Assembly (NCBI GenBank): GCA_965203805.1 | Contig: OZ241917.1 | Coordinates: 5,344,001-5,408,000 of the forward strand | Reading direction: 5' to 3' | Origin: Candidatus Latescibacterota bacterium | GTDB taxonomy: Bacteria > Latescibacterota > UBA2968 > GCA-2709665 | DNA: 64,000 nt | Shown: piece after piece, positions 20,901 to 29,588 of the stretch | How positions within the stretch are numbered: position 1 is the first letter of the stretch | Layout: the number at the start of each line of letters is the position of its first letter | The notes under the pieces: generated by a model | The model's database searches: none | The model's input: only the letters and a program-made list of their open reading frames with translations | What the model was told of the DNA's origin: nothing | Program-made: the position numbers and the translations under genes

Positions 20901-21246
20901 GGGCGTACTCCTGGGGACGATCGGACTGGGGATCGTGATGGTGCGTAACGTCGTTGAACGGCGTACCGAGCTGGCGGCGCTGAGGGCGCTGGGGTTCCGC
21001 CGGTCGCTGTTGAGCGGACTCCTGTGCGTGGAGAACGGATTCCTGATGGCGACAGGCATGGGAATCGGCGTTGTGGCCGCGATCGTGACAACCGTGCCCC
21101 ATGCCTCGGGCGGCGGCCTGCCGTGGGCGTCGTTACTGGCCATGCTTTGTCTTATCTTCAGCGCGGGCCTGGCTGCCGGTACCGCGGGAGTCCTGGTTGC
21201 GCTGAGGACGCCGCTGTTGCCGGCATTGAAACGGGAAGGCGCCTGA
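17926..21246 (+). CDS. Large FtsX/MacB-like ABC permease (duplicated architecture)
   Basis: Two TM bundles with large periplasmic domains; ERRTELAALRALGF motif. Confidence 0.85.
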   Translation: MRRSLTFFWRIHLSVLLGVAVATAVLTGALLVGDSVRDSLRDLTLDRLGDIDHALVSERFFRADLARDIEAADDGLTVVPAVTLSGSAVHATEGTRASRVAILGVDSRFVGLFDANAPDLARRGAATPLVANESLRSELNARVGDAVLLSFELPGDVHRESLFGRDGISESIQTVRARLTGVVPDRGMGRFGLRPRQRTPLNAFVSLPLLQETLGLPGRVNMLLVSQDTQAAGDPAPALARAATLDDLGLSMRVDAGYLAIESTGFLLKPHVANPVLGLADELGMPRMAILTYLANTIRVGDRVLPYSTVAAMDVGSVGNLRLADGRPAPVPGEGEVLLNAWAAQDLRAGTGDAVELAYFEAGPKEALSTRHVTLRLAGVVAMEGLGADSLLTPALPGLHDAEDMHAWDPPFPVDLKRIRPADEAYWDAYRAAPKAIVSAATGQRLWRSRFGSLTSVRMGPAPGLDAGQSAGRFRTGLREALPPESAGMGFQPVREQGLAASSGSTDFGGLFVGFSLFLIVSAALLVGLLFRLGVEQRADEVGVLMASGFTAGAIRRRFMGEAVLLAGLGGLIGLAGGLAYGWLMIAGLRTWWVPAVGTGELTLHVHGSGLAAGFLISQIVVLLTILTTVRRLGGLPVRALLSGAAHHATAGSGRRLTVLALASLGLAAACLAGAPDAGREAAIALFFGCGTFLLISGLCALAVWFQRGRRTLVTGIWKMGVWNSARNPGRSLLCASLIASACFVVVAVGAHRRTDAGRDALISRTSGGGGFQLIAETDAPLYHDPGSADGRFELGFSEGDARILDGARIMPFRVLPGDDVSCLNLYRPRHPRVLGVPETLIRQGGFAFDRLLHETEAPWTLLTRQAEPGVIPAFGDANSVTWILHKNLGDEIPVQTETGETVRLRLVGLLKHSIFQSELLVSEANFTAQFPDRSGYGYFLVETDRPGETGAILERRLQDAGLDATPTSARLAHFRTVENTYLSTFQTLGGLGVLLGTIGLGIVMVRNVVERRTELAALRALGFRRSLLSGLLCVENGFLMATGMGIGVVAAIVTTVPHASGGGLPWASLLAMLCLIFSAGLAAGTAGVLVALRTPLLPALKREGA

Positions 21247-21368
21247 GGCCCGCACGCCAGGTCCTGGCAACGAAAATAGGAGTTCAATTCCGGAGTCGCA
21301 GAGCGTATCTTCAGTTGAAGGCGCGAAGTCGGACTTCTCCGGTCTTGTATCGAGAAAAGGAGCGCGTT

Positions 21369-22667
21369 ATGAATCGGATGACGCTGGCCTCTACCGTTTG
21401 CTGTCTGCTGGTCGCAACCGTACCGGCTGCGTCGGACTGGCCGCATTGGCGCGGGCCGAACCGCAACGGGCTCGTGGACGGAGCGAATCCGCCCGTTGAG
21501 TGGAGCGAAGGGAAGAATATCCGATGGAAAGCGCCCATTCCCGGTCTGGGCCACGCAACGCCGGTCGTCTGGGGTGAGCGGATTTTTGTGCAGACAGCCG
21601 TCATGACTGACAAGGTAGTGGAGAACACCGGAGGGGGAAGGCGCCGGCCCCCGCCCAATCTGTTTCAATACAGGGTCCTGGCCCTGGATCGCCGGACCGG
21701 AGAGAAAATATGGGACAGGACGGTCCGGGAGGCCCGGCCGCACGAGGGAATGCACCGGACGGCGTCGTTCGCGTCACCATCGGGCATCACGGACGGAGAA
21801 AACCTCTATGCGTATTTCGGCTCACAGGGCCTCTATTGCCTCGATATGGACGGCAATCTGAAGTGGGAGAAAGACCTGGGCAAATACTGGAGCAGGGCCG
21901 CTTTCGGCGAGGGGGCTTCGCCGATGATCCACGGCAGCACCCTGGTGATCAACTGGGACCACGAAGGGGATTCCTTCATTGTCGCGCTGGACAAGGCGTC
22001 GGGCAGGGAGCTCTGGCGCAAGGCGCGGAACGAGGTGACGTCCTGGTCCACGCCGCTGCCGGTCGACCACGGCGGCCGGACCCAGGTGATCGTCAGCGCG
22101 TCGCGCCGCACCCGTAGCTACGACCTGAAGACCGGGGCGTTGATCTGGGAATGCGGCGGGCTGGGGACGAACGTGATTCCGACGCCGCTGTACGAAAACG
22201 GGGTGGTGTACGTGGCCAGCGGCCACAGGGACCCGGCCATGCAGGCAATTGATCTGGCCGGGGCGAAGGGCGACGTCTCGGGTTCGGACTCGGTGTTGTG
22301 GTCGATCTCCCGGAACACACCCTATGTGTCGTCACCCCTGCTCTACGGCGGCCGGCTGTTTCTCATGAAGGGCCGGGGAGCGATCCTGTCCTGCTATAAC
22401 GCCGGGACCGGAAAGCCACTCTTCGGGCCGGAACGCCTGGACGGGATGGGTTTCGTTTACGCGTCGCTGGTAGGGGCGGGCGGCCGCGTGTATATCTGCG
22501 ATCTCGAGGGAACCACGCTCGTTGTCAGGAACGGCCCTGAATTCGAGGTTCTGGCGAAGAACACCCTGGATGAAGGGAGCGGGGCGTCGCCGGTGGTTGT
22601 GGGGGACGCTATTTACCTCAGGGGACGCAGTCACCTCTATTGCATTGCGGAAGACAAGCGGAATTGA
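21369..22667 (+). CDS. PQQ-binding-like beta-propeller repeat protein, secreted
   Basis: Signal peptide, DWPHWRGPNRNG, SWSTP, YVSSP; AAGGAG RBS. Confidence 0.88.
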   Translation: MNRMTLASTVCCLLVATVPAASDWPHWRGPNRNGLVDGANPPVEWSEGKNIRWKAPIPGLGHATPVVWGERIFVQTAVMTDKVVENTGGGRRRPPPNLFQYRVLALDRRTGEKIWDRTVREARPHEGMHRTASFASPSGITDGENLYAYFGSQGLYCLDMDGNLKWEKDLGKYWSRAAFGEGASPMIHGSTLVINWDHEGDSFIVALDKASGRELWRKARNEVTSWSTPLPVDHGGRTQVIVSASRRTRSYDLKTGALIWECGGLGTNVIPTPLYENGVVYVASGHRDPAMQAIDLAGAKGDVSGSDSVLWSISRNTPYVSSPLLYGGRLFLMKGRGAILSCYNAGTGKPLFGPERLDGMGFVYASLVGAGGRVYICDLEGTTLVVRNGPEFEVLAKNTLDEGSGASPVVVGDAIYLRGRSHLYCIAEDKRN

Positions 22668-22707
22668 TCGATCGGAGACGCGGAATCGAATGGAGAGAGG
22701 AGTTTTG

Positions 22708-23706
22708 ATGGACCGGTTTGCAGGCATGACGCGCGTTATCGGCGCAGCGATCGTAATCCTTCTGGGTGCGCTCGGATGCGAAGCGCCGGACCGAGGGAGA
22801 GAAACAACCGAACCCCAGCGCCGGTTCCTGAGCGTGGGCACCGCTCCGCCGGGGGGCGCGTTCTTCGTGGTCGGCGGCGCGATCGCGCAGGTCGTGGACG
22901 ACCGCGCGGGCGACCTGTCGTGGGACGTATCCGCGGAGGCGACCAAGGGCACGCAGGAGAACATCCGCCGGCTCGTGCGCGGGGAGCTGGATTTCGCGCT
23001 GGCCAATGCCGCGATATCCTATTTTGCGGTGCGGGGCGAGGGCGCCTGGGGCGACAAGCAGGCCATCAACGCCGTGATGACGCTGGCCCCGAATGTCGCC
23101 CTCTTCGTGACGCCGGAAGGCACGGGGATCCGCGCCATCGGCGACCTCAGGGGCAAGCGGGTTGTGGTCGGTCCCGCGGGCGCCGGGTTCGAGTATTTCC
23201 TCGCGCCGATACTGAATGCTCACGGTGTCGCCTACGAGGACTTCAGCCCGTTGCACAATACGCAGGCCGGCGCCGTGGATATGCTTGCGGACGGGTCCGC
23301 CGCCGCGGCCTTTCTGGGCGGCGCCGTGCCGACGGCGTCCATCACCCAGGCGAGCGCTTCGCAGGACATCCGCTTCATCCCCTTCGGCGTTCCCGAAAAA
23401 GAACGTCTGTTCCGGGACTATCCGTTCTTCAACGCGGCAACTATTCCCGCGAATACCTATCGCGGCCAGGCAGAGGCCTTCGACGGCATGAACGTGGGTT
23501 CGATGCACCTCGTGACGCCTGCAGATCTGGACGAGGAGACGGTCTACCGGTTTACCAGGATCCTCTACGAGAACCGCGCGGACGTGGTGAAGAAGCATCC
23601 CGCGGGCAAAGCCATCCAGCCAGGGAACGTGATCCGGGATACCGGCACACCCTTCCATCCCGGGGCGATCAGGTTTTACAGGGAAATCGGAATCTGGCCC
23701 AACTGA
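22708..23706 (+). CDS. TAXI-family TRAP solute-binding lipoprotein
   Basis: Lipobox LGC, GTAPPGGAF, ATKGTQEN, PFHPGAIRFY. Confidence 0.9.
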   Translation: MDRFAGMTRVIGAAIVILLGALGCEAPDRGRETTEPQRRFLSVGTAPPGGAFFVVGGAIAQVVDDRAGDLSWDVSAEATKGTQENIRRLVRGELDFALANAAISYFAVRGEGAWGDKQAINAVMTLAPNVALFVTPEGTGIRAIGDLRGKRVVVGPAGAGFEYFLAPILNAHGVAYEDFSPLHNTQAGAVDMLADGSAAAAFLGGAVPTASITQASASQDIRFIPFGVPEKERLFRDYPFFNAATIPANTYRGQAEAFDGMNVGSMHLVTPADLDEETVYRFTRILYENRADVVKKHPAGKAIQPGNVIRDTGTPFHPGAIRFYREIGIWPN

Positions 23707-23707
23707 C

Positions 23708-25633
23708 ATGCTCGAAATTCGGCTTTTTCGCATCCTGGCGGTCCTGCTGGGTATCTTCGTCCTGGCTGAAGTCAACTATCCGGGACTGACGCCTCAAGCC
23801 CAACTGGCTTTCTTTGCCATGTTGGGCTTGAGTCTTGTATTTCTGAAACACCCGGTCCACGCAGGCGCAAGCGGGTTCCGCCGGACGCTGGATGCCTTCC
23901 TCGTTGCGGCCGTGCTCTTCTGTTTCGGCTATGTGCTGATTCAGACCGAACCGCTCTTCGAAGCCTTCTGGCTGGGGGGGCGCAGTCTGGGCAACCGCGC
24001 GGGACTGGAACAGCCGCTGGATTGGGCGGTCGGTCTGGCCGGCCTGATTCTCATCCTGGAAGCGACCCGCCGCGCCATCGGGCTCACGCTGCCGCTGCTG
24101 GCTCTCGCGTTCGTGGCGTATGCCGCCTACGGTCACGTCATGCCCGACTGGCTCTTCCCGCACAGGGGGTACGGCTGGGAGCGCATTGTCTCCCAGACTT
24201 TTCTGCATTCGCAGGGCGTGTTCGGCATCGCGCTGAAAGTGATGTTCACGTACGTGTTTCTGTTCGTTCTGTTCGGTACGACGCTGGAAGGGACGGGCGC
24301 GACCGGGTACGTACTGGATGCCGCGCGCAGGTTTTTTGGAAGGCGCACCGGCGGGCCCGCGAAGGTTGCCGTCGTCTCGTCGGGGATCATGGGATCGCTG
24401 TCCGGGAGCGCGGTCGCGAACACGGCCACAACCGGTACGTTTACGATTCCAATGATGCGTTCGGCAGGATTCCGGCCCGTGGCGGCAGGGGGGATCGAAG
24501 CGGCCGCCAGTTCGGGCGGGGCGCTGGTGCCGCCGATTATGGGCGCCGGCGCCTACATGATGCTGGAGATGGTGGATCCGGCGGTCACCTACCTGGAGAT
24601 CGTCAGGGCGGCGCTCATCCCCGCGGTGTTCTACTATGCCGCGCTTCTGCTGATCGTCCACTTCCACGCCCGGCGCATCCGGGTTGCCGCGGGAGATGAA
24701 CGTCCCCCGGATCGCCCGCGGGGCGCCCCGGGCCTTGTATTCCTCGTGGCGCTGGTGAGCCTGATCGTGCTGATCGTCCTCGGGTATACGCCGTTTCGGG
24801 CGGTCAGCATCGCGCTGGTCTGCACGCTCCTGGCGGCCGCACTGAATCCGGCAACGCGCATGGGGCCCCGCGCGTTGCTGCGCGCCGTGGAAGGCGCGGC
24901 CCGCGGCGGCGTGTCCCTCATCGCGGCGGCTGCCTGCGTGGGCATCATCATCGGCGTGGTCACCCTCACGGGGATCGGCGCCAGGCTGCCCGGCGCCATC
25001 CTGCCGCTGGCTCAGGACAATCTGGTCCTGGCGCTGATTCTGCTGATGGGCTCCACGATCATCCTGGGAATGGGCCTGCCGTCGGCCGTTTGTTATCTGC
25101 TGATGGCCACGCTCGTTGGCCCTGTCCTTGGCGAACTGGGCGTTGTGCCCCTGGCGGCGCATATGTTCATCTTCTACTTCGGGATGATGTCGATGGTGAC
25201 GCCGCCCGTGGCGCTGGCCGCTTACACCGCGGCCGCAATCGCGAAGGCGGACATCATGCGCACGGGCCTCGCGGCGTTTCGGTTCGCCCTGGTCGGTTTC
25301 GCCCTGCCCTACGCCTTCGTACTGCATCCCGAACTGCTTCTCGTCTCCCCGGATCTTGCGTCGACCGTCGTCAACGTCCTCGTCGTCTTCGCCGGAATTC
25401 TCCCACTGGCCGCGGCAATCTCCGGCTATGGCTTCGCGCCTCTGAATGCCTGGCAGCGTGCGGTGCTACTGGTTGCGGCGCTTCTCCTCTTCCTCACCCC
25501 GTCCGGAAGTCTTCGGTTCTGGATTCAGGGGTCCGCCGTCCTCGTTGCCGGAATCGTCGCGTTGATGAACCGGCGGTCCGCCGGCCGGGCGTCTTCGTCA
25601 CCGGACGACGGCGCTGATACTGCTGACCGGTGA
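23708..25633 (+). CDS. TRAP transporter fused 4TM/12TM permease
   Basis: GGPAKVAV, SGSAVAN, ASSGGALVPPIMGAGA, VTPPVALAA. Confidence 0.92.
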   Translation: MLEIRLFRILAVLLGIFVLAEVNYPGLTPQAQLAFFAMLGLSLVFLKHPVHAGASGFRRTLDAFLVAAVLFCFGYVLIQTEPLFEAFWLGGRSLGNRAGLEQPLDWAVGLAGLILILEATRRAIGLTLPLLALAFVAYAAYGHVMPDWLFPHRGYGWERIVSQTFLHSQGVFGIALKVMFTYVFLFVLFGTTLEGTGATGYVLDAARRFFGRRTGGPAKVAVVSSGIMGSLSGSAVANTATTGTFTIPMMRSAGFRPVAAGGIEAAASSGGALVPPIMGAGAYMMLEMVDPAVTYLEIVRAALIPAVFYYAALLLIVHFHARRIRVAAGDERPPDRPRGAPGLVFLVALVSLIVLIVLGYTPFRAVSIALVCTLLAAALNPATRMGPRALLRAVEGAARGGVSLIAAAACVGIIIGVVTLTGIGARLPGAILPLAQDNLVLALILLMGSTIILGMGLPSAVCYLLMATLVGPVLGELGVVPLAAHMFIFYFGMMSMVTPPVALAAYTAAAIAKADIMRTGLAAFRFALVGFALPYAFVLHPELLLVSPDLASTVVNVLVVFAGILPLAAAISGYGFAPLNAWQRAVLLVAALLLFLTPSGSLRFWIQGSAVLVAGIVALMNRRSAGRASSSPDDGADTADR

Positions 25634-26110
25634 ATGATATCCGGCAGCCGTCATCGCTCGCAGAACGTCATCGGCTTCCCGGGGCGACAGGATTCCATCC
25701 GGTACGCACGCTTTGAGGATTCCGATCGTTCCCGTAACGGGAACGCCGTCATCGAAGCAGCGGTTTCTGGCCGTCCGATCGTCCGTGAACACGACGCCTC
25801 CGCGGGTCCGCGCAAGGGATACGCAGGACGCTTCTCCCGGTGACAGGGTCCGCAACAGATTACGGTAGATATCGCGCGCTTCCGCGGAGAATCCCTCGGC
25901 GCTGCTGAAATCCCCGCTTGCAACAGCCGTCTCAACCTCCCGCAAATCCGAATATCCCGCGACGATCCCGTCTGCAATCTCGTCAAGGACCTGCCGCGGG
26001 ACGATTGCGCGCGGGCCGTATCGGGCAACGAGCAGGTCGATGCGGCCTGAGAGGGCGAAATTGCTCAGGGTTACGGTGTCGAGATAATAATGGCCGCCGG
26101 ATTCAGGCAC
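25598..26110 (-). CDS. PIN-domain toxin (DUF3368-like)
   Basis: YLDTVTL, GEASCV, FTDDRTAR, VTGTIGIL. Confidence 0.8.
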   Translation of the reverse strand: MPESGGHYYLDTVTLSNFALSGRIDLLVARYGPRAIVPRQVLDEIADGIVAGYSDLREVETAVASGDFSSAEGFSAEARDIYRNLLRTLSPGEASCVSLARTRGGVVFTDDRTARNRCFDDGVPVTGTIGILKACVPDGILSPREADDVLRAMTAAGYHSPVSSISAVVR

Positions 26111-26417
26111 GTGCGGCGTCCTCGTCTCCGTAGACGTTGCGCTGTGGAATGCCGTGTTCGTTCAGCCAGGACCTCAGTTGCAATACATGCATGCCCATTT
26201 CCCTGGCGAGCTTCCCGAGGCTGATGTACCCGCCCCGGTAGGCGGCCAGCGCCTGGCTCTGCCGGAGCGGCAACTCGGCGAACGCGGTCTGATAACACGC
26301 CGAAATCGCGTCCCGGACAAGCTGTCCCCTGCTCTTCCGGCGGATCTCCGCCAATCTTCTGAGCATTGAGTCCGTCTCTTCATCGAGCTTGATGTGCAAC
26401 GTCCTGTCACGCGGCAT
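26103..26417 (-). CDS. Antitoxin, ribbon-helix-helix plus UPF0175-like HTH
   Basis: RTLHIKLDE...SRGQLVRDAI; YRGGYISLGKLAREMGM; overlaps the toxin start. Confidence 0.75.
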   Translation of the reverse strand: MPRDRTLHIKLDEETDSMLRRLAEIRRKSRGQLVRDAISACYQTAFAELPLRQSQALAAYRGGYISLGKLAREMGMHVLQLRSWLNEHGIPQRNVYGDEDAARA

Positions 26418-26427
26418 ATGTGTCTCC

Positions 26428-26460
26428 TTGGATAGTATCCAATTTATGTATAAATATACA
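26428..26460 (-). promoter_or_regulatory. Putative operator palindromes of the TA operon
   Basis: TTGGATA-G-TATCCAA (26428-26442) and TGTATA-AA-TATACA (26447-26460) in an AT-rich leader. Confidence 0.5.
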
Positions 26461-26745
26461 ATTATTCATACAATATATCAATATCGTATACATCAACCAA
26501 AGGTGTTCGGGCACATGGGTAACACTAAGGCGGTGAGACGTAAGAGGGTAGACGTTAGATGACGTCCTTGCCTGATTGGATCTTACTTTATGCCTGCGGC
26601 AAGAGATGAAACCGCACAGGGCACACAATATCTCCCGTCTCACGTCTACCCTCTCCCCGCTTCTGAGGGGTTGGGGGTGAGGGTGCTTTTGCTTCAAGCT
26701 GACCGCCGAAAGCCGATGGCTGATCGCCGCCATTGCGCAGCAACG

Positions 26746-28311
26746 CTACGGCGAGACGCCTCTTTTGTCGGTGGGGCCGAGCAGGCTCTTGAGGCGGTTG
26801 CGGGTGAGGGAGATGAAGTTGCAGAGAAAGGGGCGGGTTTCACGCGGGTCGATGATCTCCTCCACCGCGAAGGCTTCCGCGGAGCGGAATGGAGACGCGA
26901 ACTGTCGAAGTTCCTCTTCAAGTTCCTTTTCTCGGGCCTGCGGGTCCTCGGAATTCGCGATATCCCGGCGGTACGCGGCGGCAACGCCGCCTTCGATGGG
27001 TAGGGAGCCCCACTCTCCGGAAGGCCAGGCGATCTTGAAATCCAGTTCGTCCATGTCGCCGGCGGCCATTCCGGCCATGCCGTAACATTTCCGGATCACA
27101 AGGGTAAGGATGGGCACCCGGACCCGGTGAATCGCGAAGACCGCCTTCATCCCTTCGCGCAGGGTGGCCTCCTGTTCGGCGGCGGTGCCGATCATGAATC
27201 CGGGGATGTCCACAAAGAAGATCAGCGGGATATGGAAACAGTCGCAGAGCTCGATGAAATGCGTCTGTTTCCTGGCCTCGCCGGCGCCCATCGCGCCGCC
27301 GGAAACCATGGGGTTGTTGGCGACGATCCCCACCGGATGGCCGTTCAGCCGTGCGAGGCACGTGATGAGCGCGCGTCCGAACGTCGGCTGGATTTCAAGG
27401 ATGGAGCCCTTGTCCACGACCAGCTCCACCAGGCGGTGCATCGAATAGGGAGAAGTGCGTTCTCGAGGGACAATGGACAGCAGTTCCTCTTCGCGCCGGT
27501 CGACCGGGTCGTCGCTTGCTTCCGCCGGAGGCAGTTCCCATACGTTCTGGGGCATGTAGGACAGAAATCGCCGGATCATGTAAAAGCACTCGCGTTCCGT
27601 ATCGACCGCGTTGTCGACCGTGCCGGCCATGTCCACCGCGATGTCGGTTCCGCCGAGGTCGTCCTTTGAAACCTCTACGCCGAGCGCCCGCTTGACGAGG
27701 GGCGGTCCGCCGGAGAATATCTGGCTGGTGCGCCGTACCATAACGGACCAGTGCGAGAGGATCGCCCGTCCGGCGGGCCCGCCGGCCGCGCTGCCGAGTA
27801 CGGCGGATACAACAGGGACTTCGCCCAGGAGTTGGACGGAACGGCCGAAACTGCTGACGCCGGGGAATACGGTGTAGCCCCTCTTTACCACCCCGCGGAC
27901 CGAACCGCCGGCCCCGTCGGCGAGGTTGATGAGCGGAATGAGATACTTGGATGCAAGGTCCTCGATAAAGCCGCCCTGACCCCCCTTCCGGCGGTGCGTA
28001 CCGGGACTGCTGCCTCCCCGGACGGTAAAATCCTCTCCGCCGATGGCCACCGGTCTGCCGTTGATGCGGGCCACGCCCATGATGTAGGGTGCGGGCTGCA
28101 CGTTGATGACGTTGCCGGCCTCGTCGTACTCGCCTGTGCCGCTGAGGCTCCCGACTTCCGTGAACGAGCCGCCGTCCACCAGGGCATCGATGCGTTCGCG
28201 AATGGTGAGCTTTCCCTGTCCGTGGTGGCGTTCGACGTTCTCGGTTCCGCCCATCTTTCTGGACCAGGACCGGCGCGCGTCGAGTTCATCGGTTTCTTTC
28301 TGCCAGTTCAT
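26746..28311 (-). CDS. Acyl-CoA carboxylase carboxyltransferase subunit (PccB/MccB family)
   Basis: GKLTIRERIDALVD, DFTVRGGS, VDIPGFMIG, IIDPRETR; GGAGG RBS. Confidence 0.88.
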   Translation of the reverse strand: MNWQKETDELDARRSWSRKMGGTENVERHHGQGKLTIRERIDALVDGGSFTEVGSLSGTGEYDEAGNVINVQPAPYIMGVARINGRPVAIGGEDFTVRGGSSPGTHRRKGGQGGFIEDLASKYLIPLINLADGAGGSVRGVVKRGYTVFPGVSSFGRSVQLLGEVPVVSAVLGSAAGGPAGRAILSHWSVMVRRTSQIFSGGPPLVKRALGVEVSKDDLGGTDIAVDMAGTVDNAVDTERECFYMIRRFLSYMPQNVWELPPAEASDDPVDRREEELLSIVPRERTSPYSMHRLVELVVDKGSILEIQPTFGRALITCLARLNGHPVGIVANNPMVSGGAMGAGEARKQTHFIELCDCFHIPLIFFVDIPGFMIGTAAEQEATLREGMKAVFAIHRVRVPILTLVIRKCYGMAGMAAGDMDELDFKIAWPSGEWGSLPIEGGVAAAYRRDIANSEDPQAREKELEEELRQFASPFRSAEAFAVEEIIDPRETRPFLCNFISLTRNRLKSLLGPTDKRGVSP

Positions 28312-28375
28312 CTGTGCCTCCTGTACGTCGGGCGCCGGGCCGCCCGCCGCATCCAATGACTGCATTCTCCGGCGG

Positions 28376-29587
28376 TTACGTCGCGTAAACGGTCTTCTGC
28401 CGGGCCAGCGCGTCAATTTCGCCGGGTTCGTATCCAGCGACCCGTGTCAGAACGTCCCGGGTGTCGATACCCACTTCCCGCCCTGCCCAACGCACGGCGC
28501 CCGGCGTTTCCGAAAGACCGGGCACCACGCCCGGCAGCGTGACGGACCCGAGGACATCATCCGGCATTTCCACGAGCATATCTCGCGCACGGTAGTGTTC
28601 GTCGGCGAAAATGTCCCGCAGCGTGAATATCCTGGCGGCAGGCACGGCACTCGCGTCCAGCTCGCGCTCCAGTTCCGCGAGCGGATGCCCCGACGTCCAG
28701 TCGGAGATGATGCCGTCGATGTCGTCCTCGTGCCTCGACCGGTCCGTGGGTGTCCTGAAGCGTTCGTCTTCGGCAAGATGCGGGGCGCCCATGCACGAGG
28801 CCAGGCGTTCGAAGGTGGCGTCGTTGCCCGCGGTGATGTGGATGAAGTCCCCGTCCGCCGTGGGATACAGGTTGTTCGGCGTGCTGTTCGGCAACCTGGA
28901 CCCCGTACGGGTGGGGACGGCCCCCAGCGCGGCGAATGCCGGGACATGGGGTTCCATAAAGCTGAACGCCCCCTCGTACAGCGCCGCGTCGACCACCTGC
29001 CCGCGACCCGTTCGGGTCCTGGAGAAGAGCGCCATGACCGCGCCGAACGCGGCGTACAACCCCGTGATGCAATCCGTGAGGGAGATGCTCACGCGGCTGG
29101 GCGGCCGGTCGGGATCGCCCGTGATTTCTCTGAGTCCGCCCACCGCCTCGCTGGTCACGCCGTATCCCGGTCGGTGGCGGTAGGGGCCCGTCTGCCCGTA
29201 CCCGCTGATCCGGACGAGGATGATGCCGGTGTTGACCGCGGAGAGGGTGTCGTAACCCAGGTTCCACGCCTCCAGGGTTCCCGGCCGGAAATTCTCGACA
29301 ACCACGTCGCAGGCCTTCACCAGCCGCCTGATGACGTCCTGTCCCGAGGGTGTTCTGAGATCCACTGAAATGAGATGCTTGTTGCGCAGGATGCTTGCGG
29401 CGTACAGCGAGCGGCCCCGGCTGCGTCTGCCCATCTGGCGCACCGGGTCTCCGGTCGGCGGCTCCACTTTGATGACTTCCGCGCCGAAGTCCGCCAGGAG
29501 GCGGCCGCAGAACGGGCCCGAAACGGTGCTGCCCATCTCCAGTACGCGACATCCGGCGAGGGGTCCGTCGTTCGTGGATGGCGCCAT
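28376..29587 (-). CDS. CaiB/BaiF (family III) CoA transferase
   Basis: GPFCGRLLADFGAEVIKVEPP, DVVVENFRPG, ISGYGQTGP. Confidence 0.92.
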   Translation of the reverse strand: MAPSTNDGPLAGCRVLEMGSTVSGPFCGRLLADFGAEVIKVEPPTGDPVRQMGRRSRGRSLYAASILRNKHLISVDLRTPSGQDVIRRLVKACDVVVENFRPGTLEAWNLGYDTLSAVNTGIILVRISGYGQTGPYRHRPGYGVTSEAVGGLREITGDPDRPPSRVSISLTDCITGLYAAFGAVMALFSRTRTGRGQVVDAALYEGAFSFMEPHVPAFAALGAVPTRTGSRLPNSTPNNLYPTADGDFIHITAGNDATFERLASCMGAPHLAEDERFRTPTDRSRHEDDIDGIISDWTSGHPLAELERELDASAVPAARIFTLRDIFADEHYRARDMLVEMPDDVLGSVTLPGVVPGLSETPGAVRWAGREVGIDTRDVLTRVAGYEPGEIDALARQKTVYAT

Positions 29588-29588
29588 A

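Noticed and set aside
5787-22667. Calling the propellers bamB or PQQ dehydrogenases
   Set aside because: No clear lipobox or bam context, and they are shorter than quinoprotein dehydrogenases and lack their motifs
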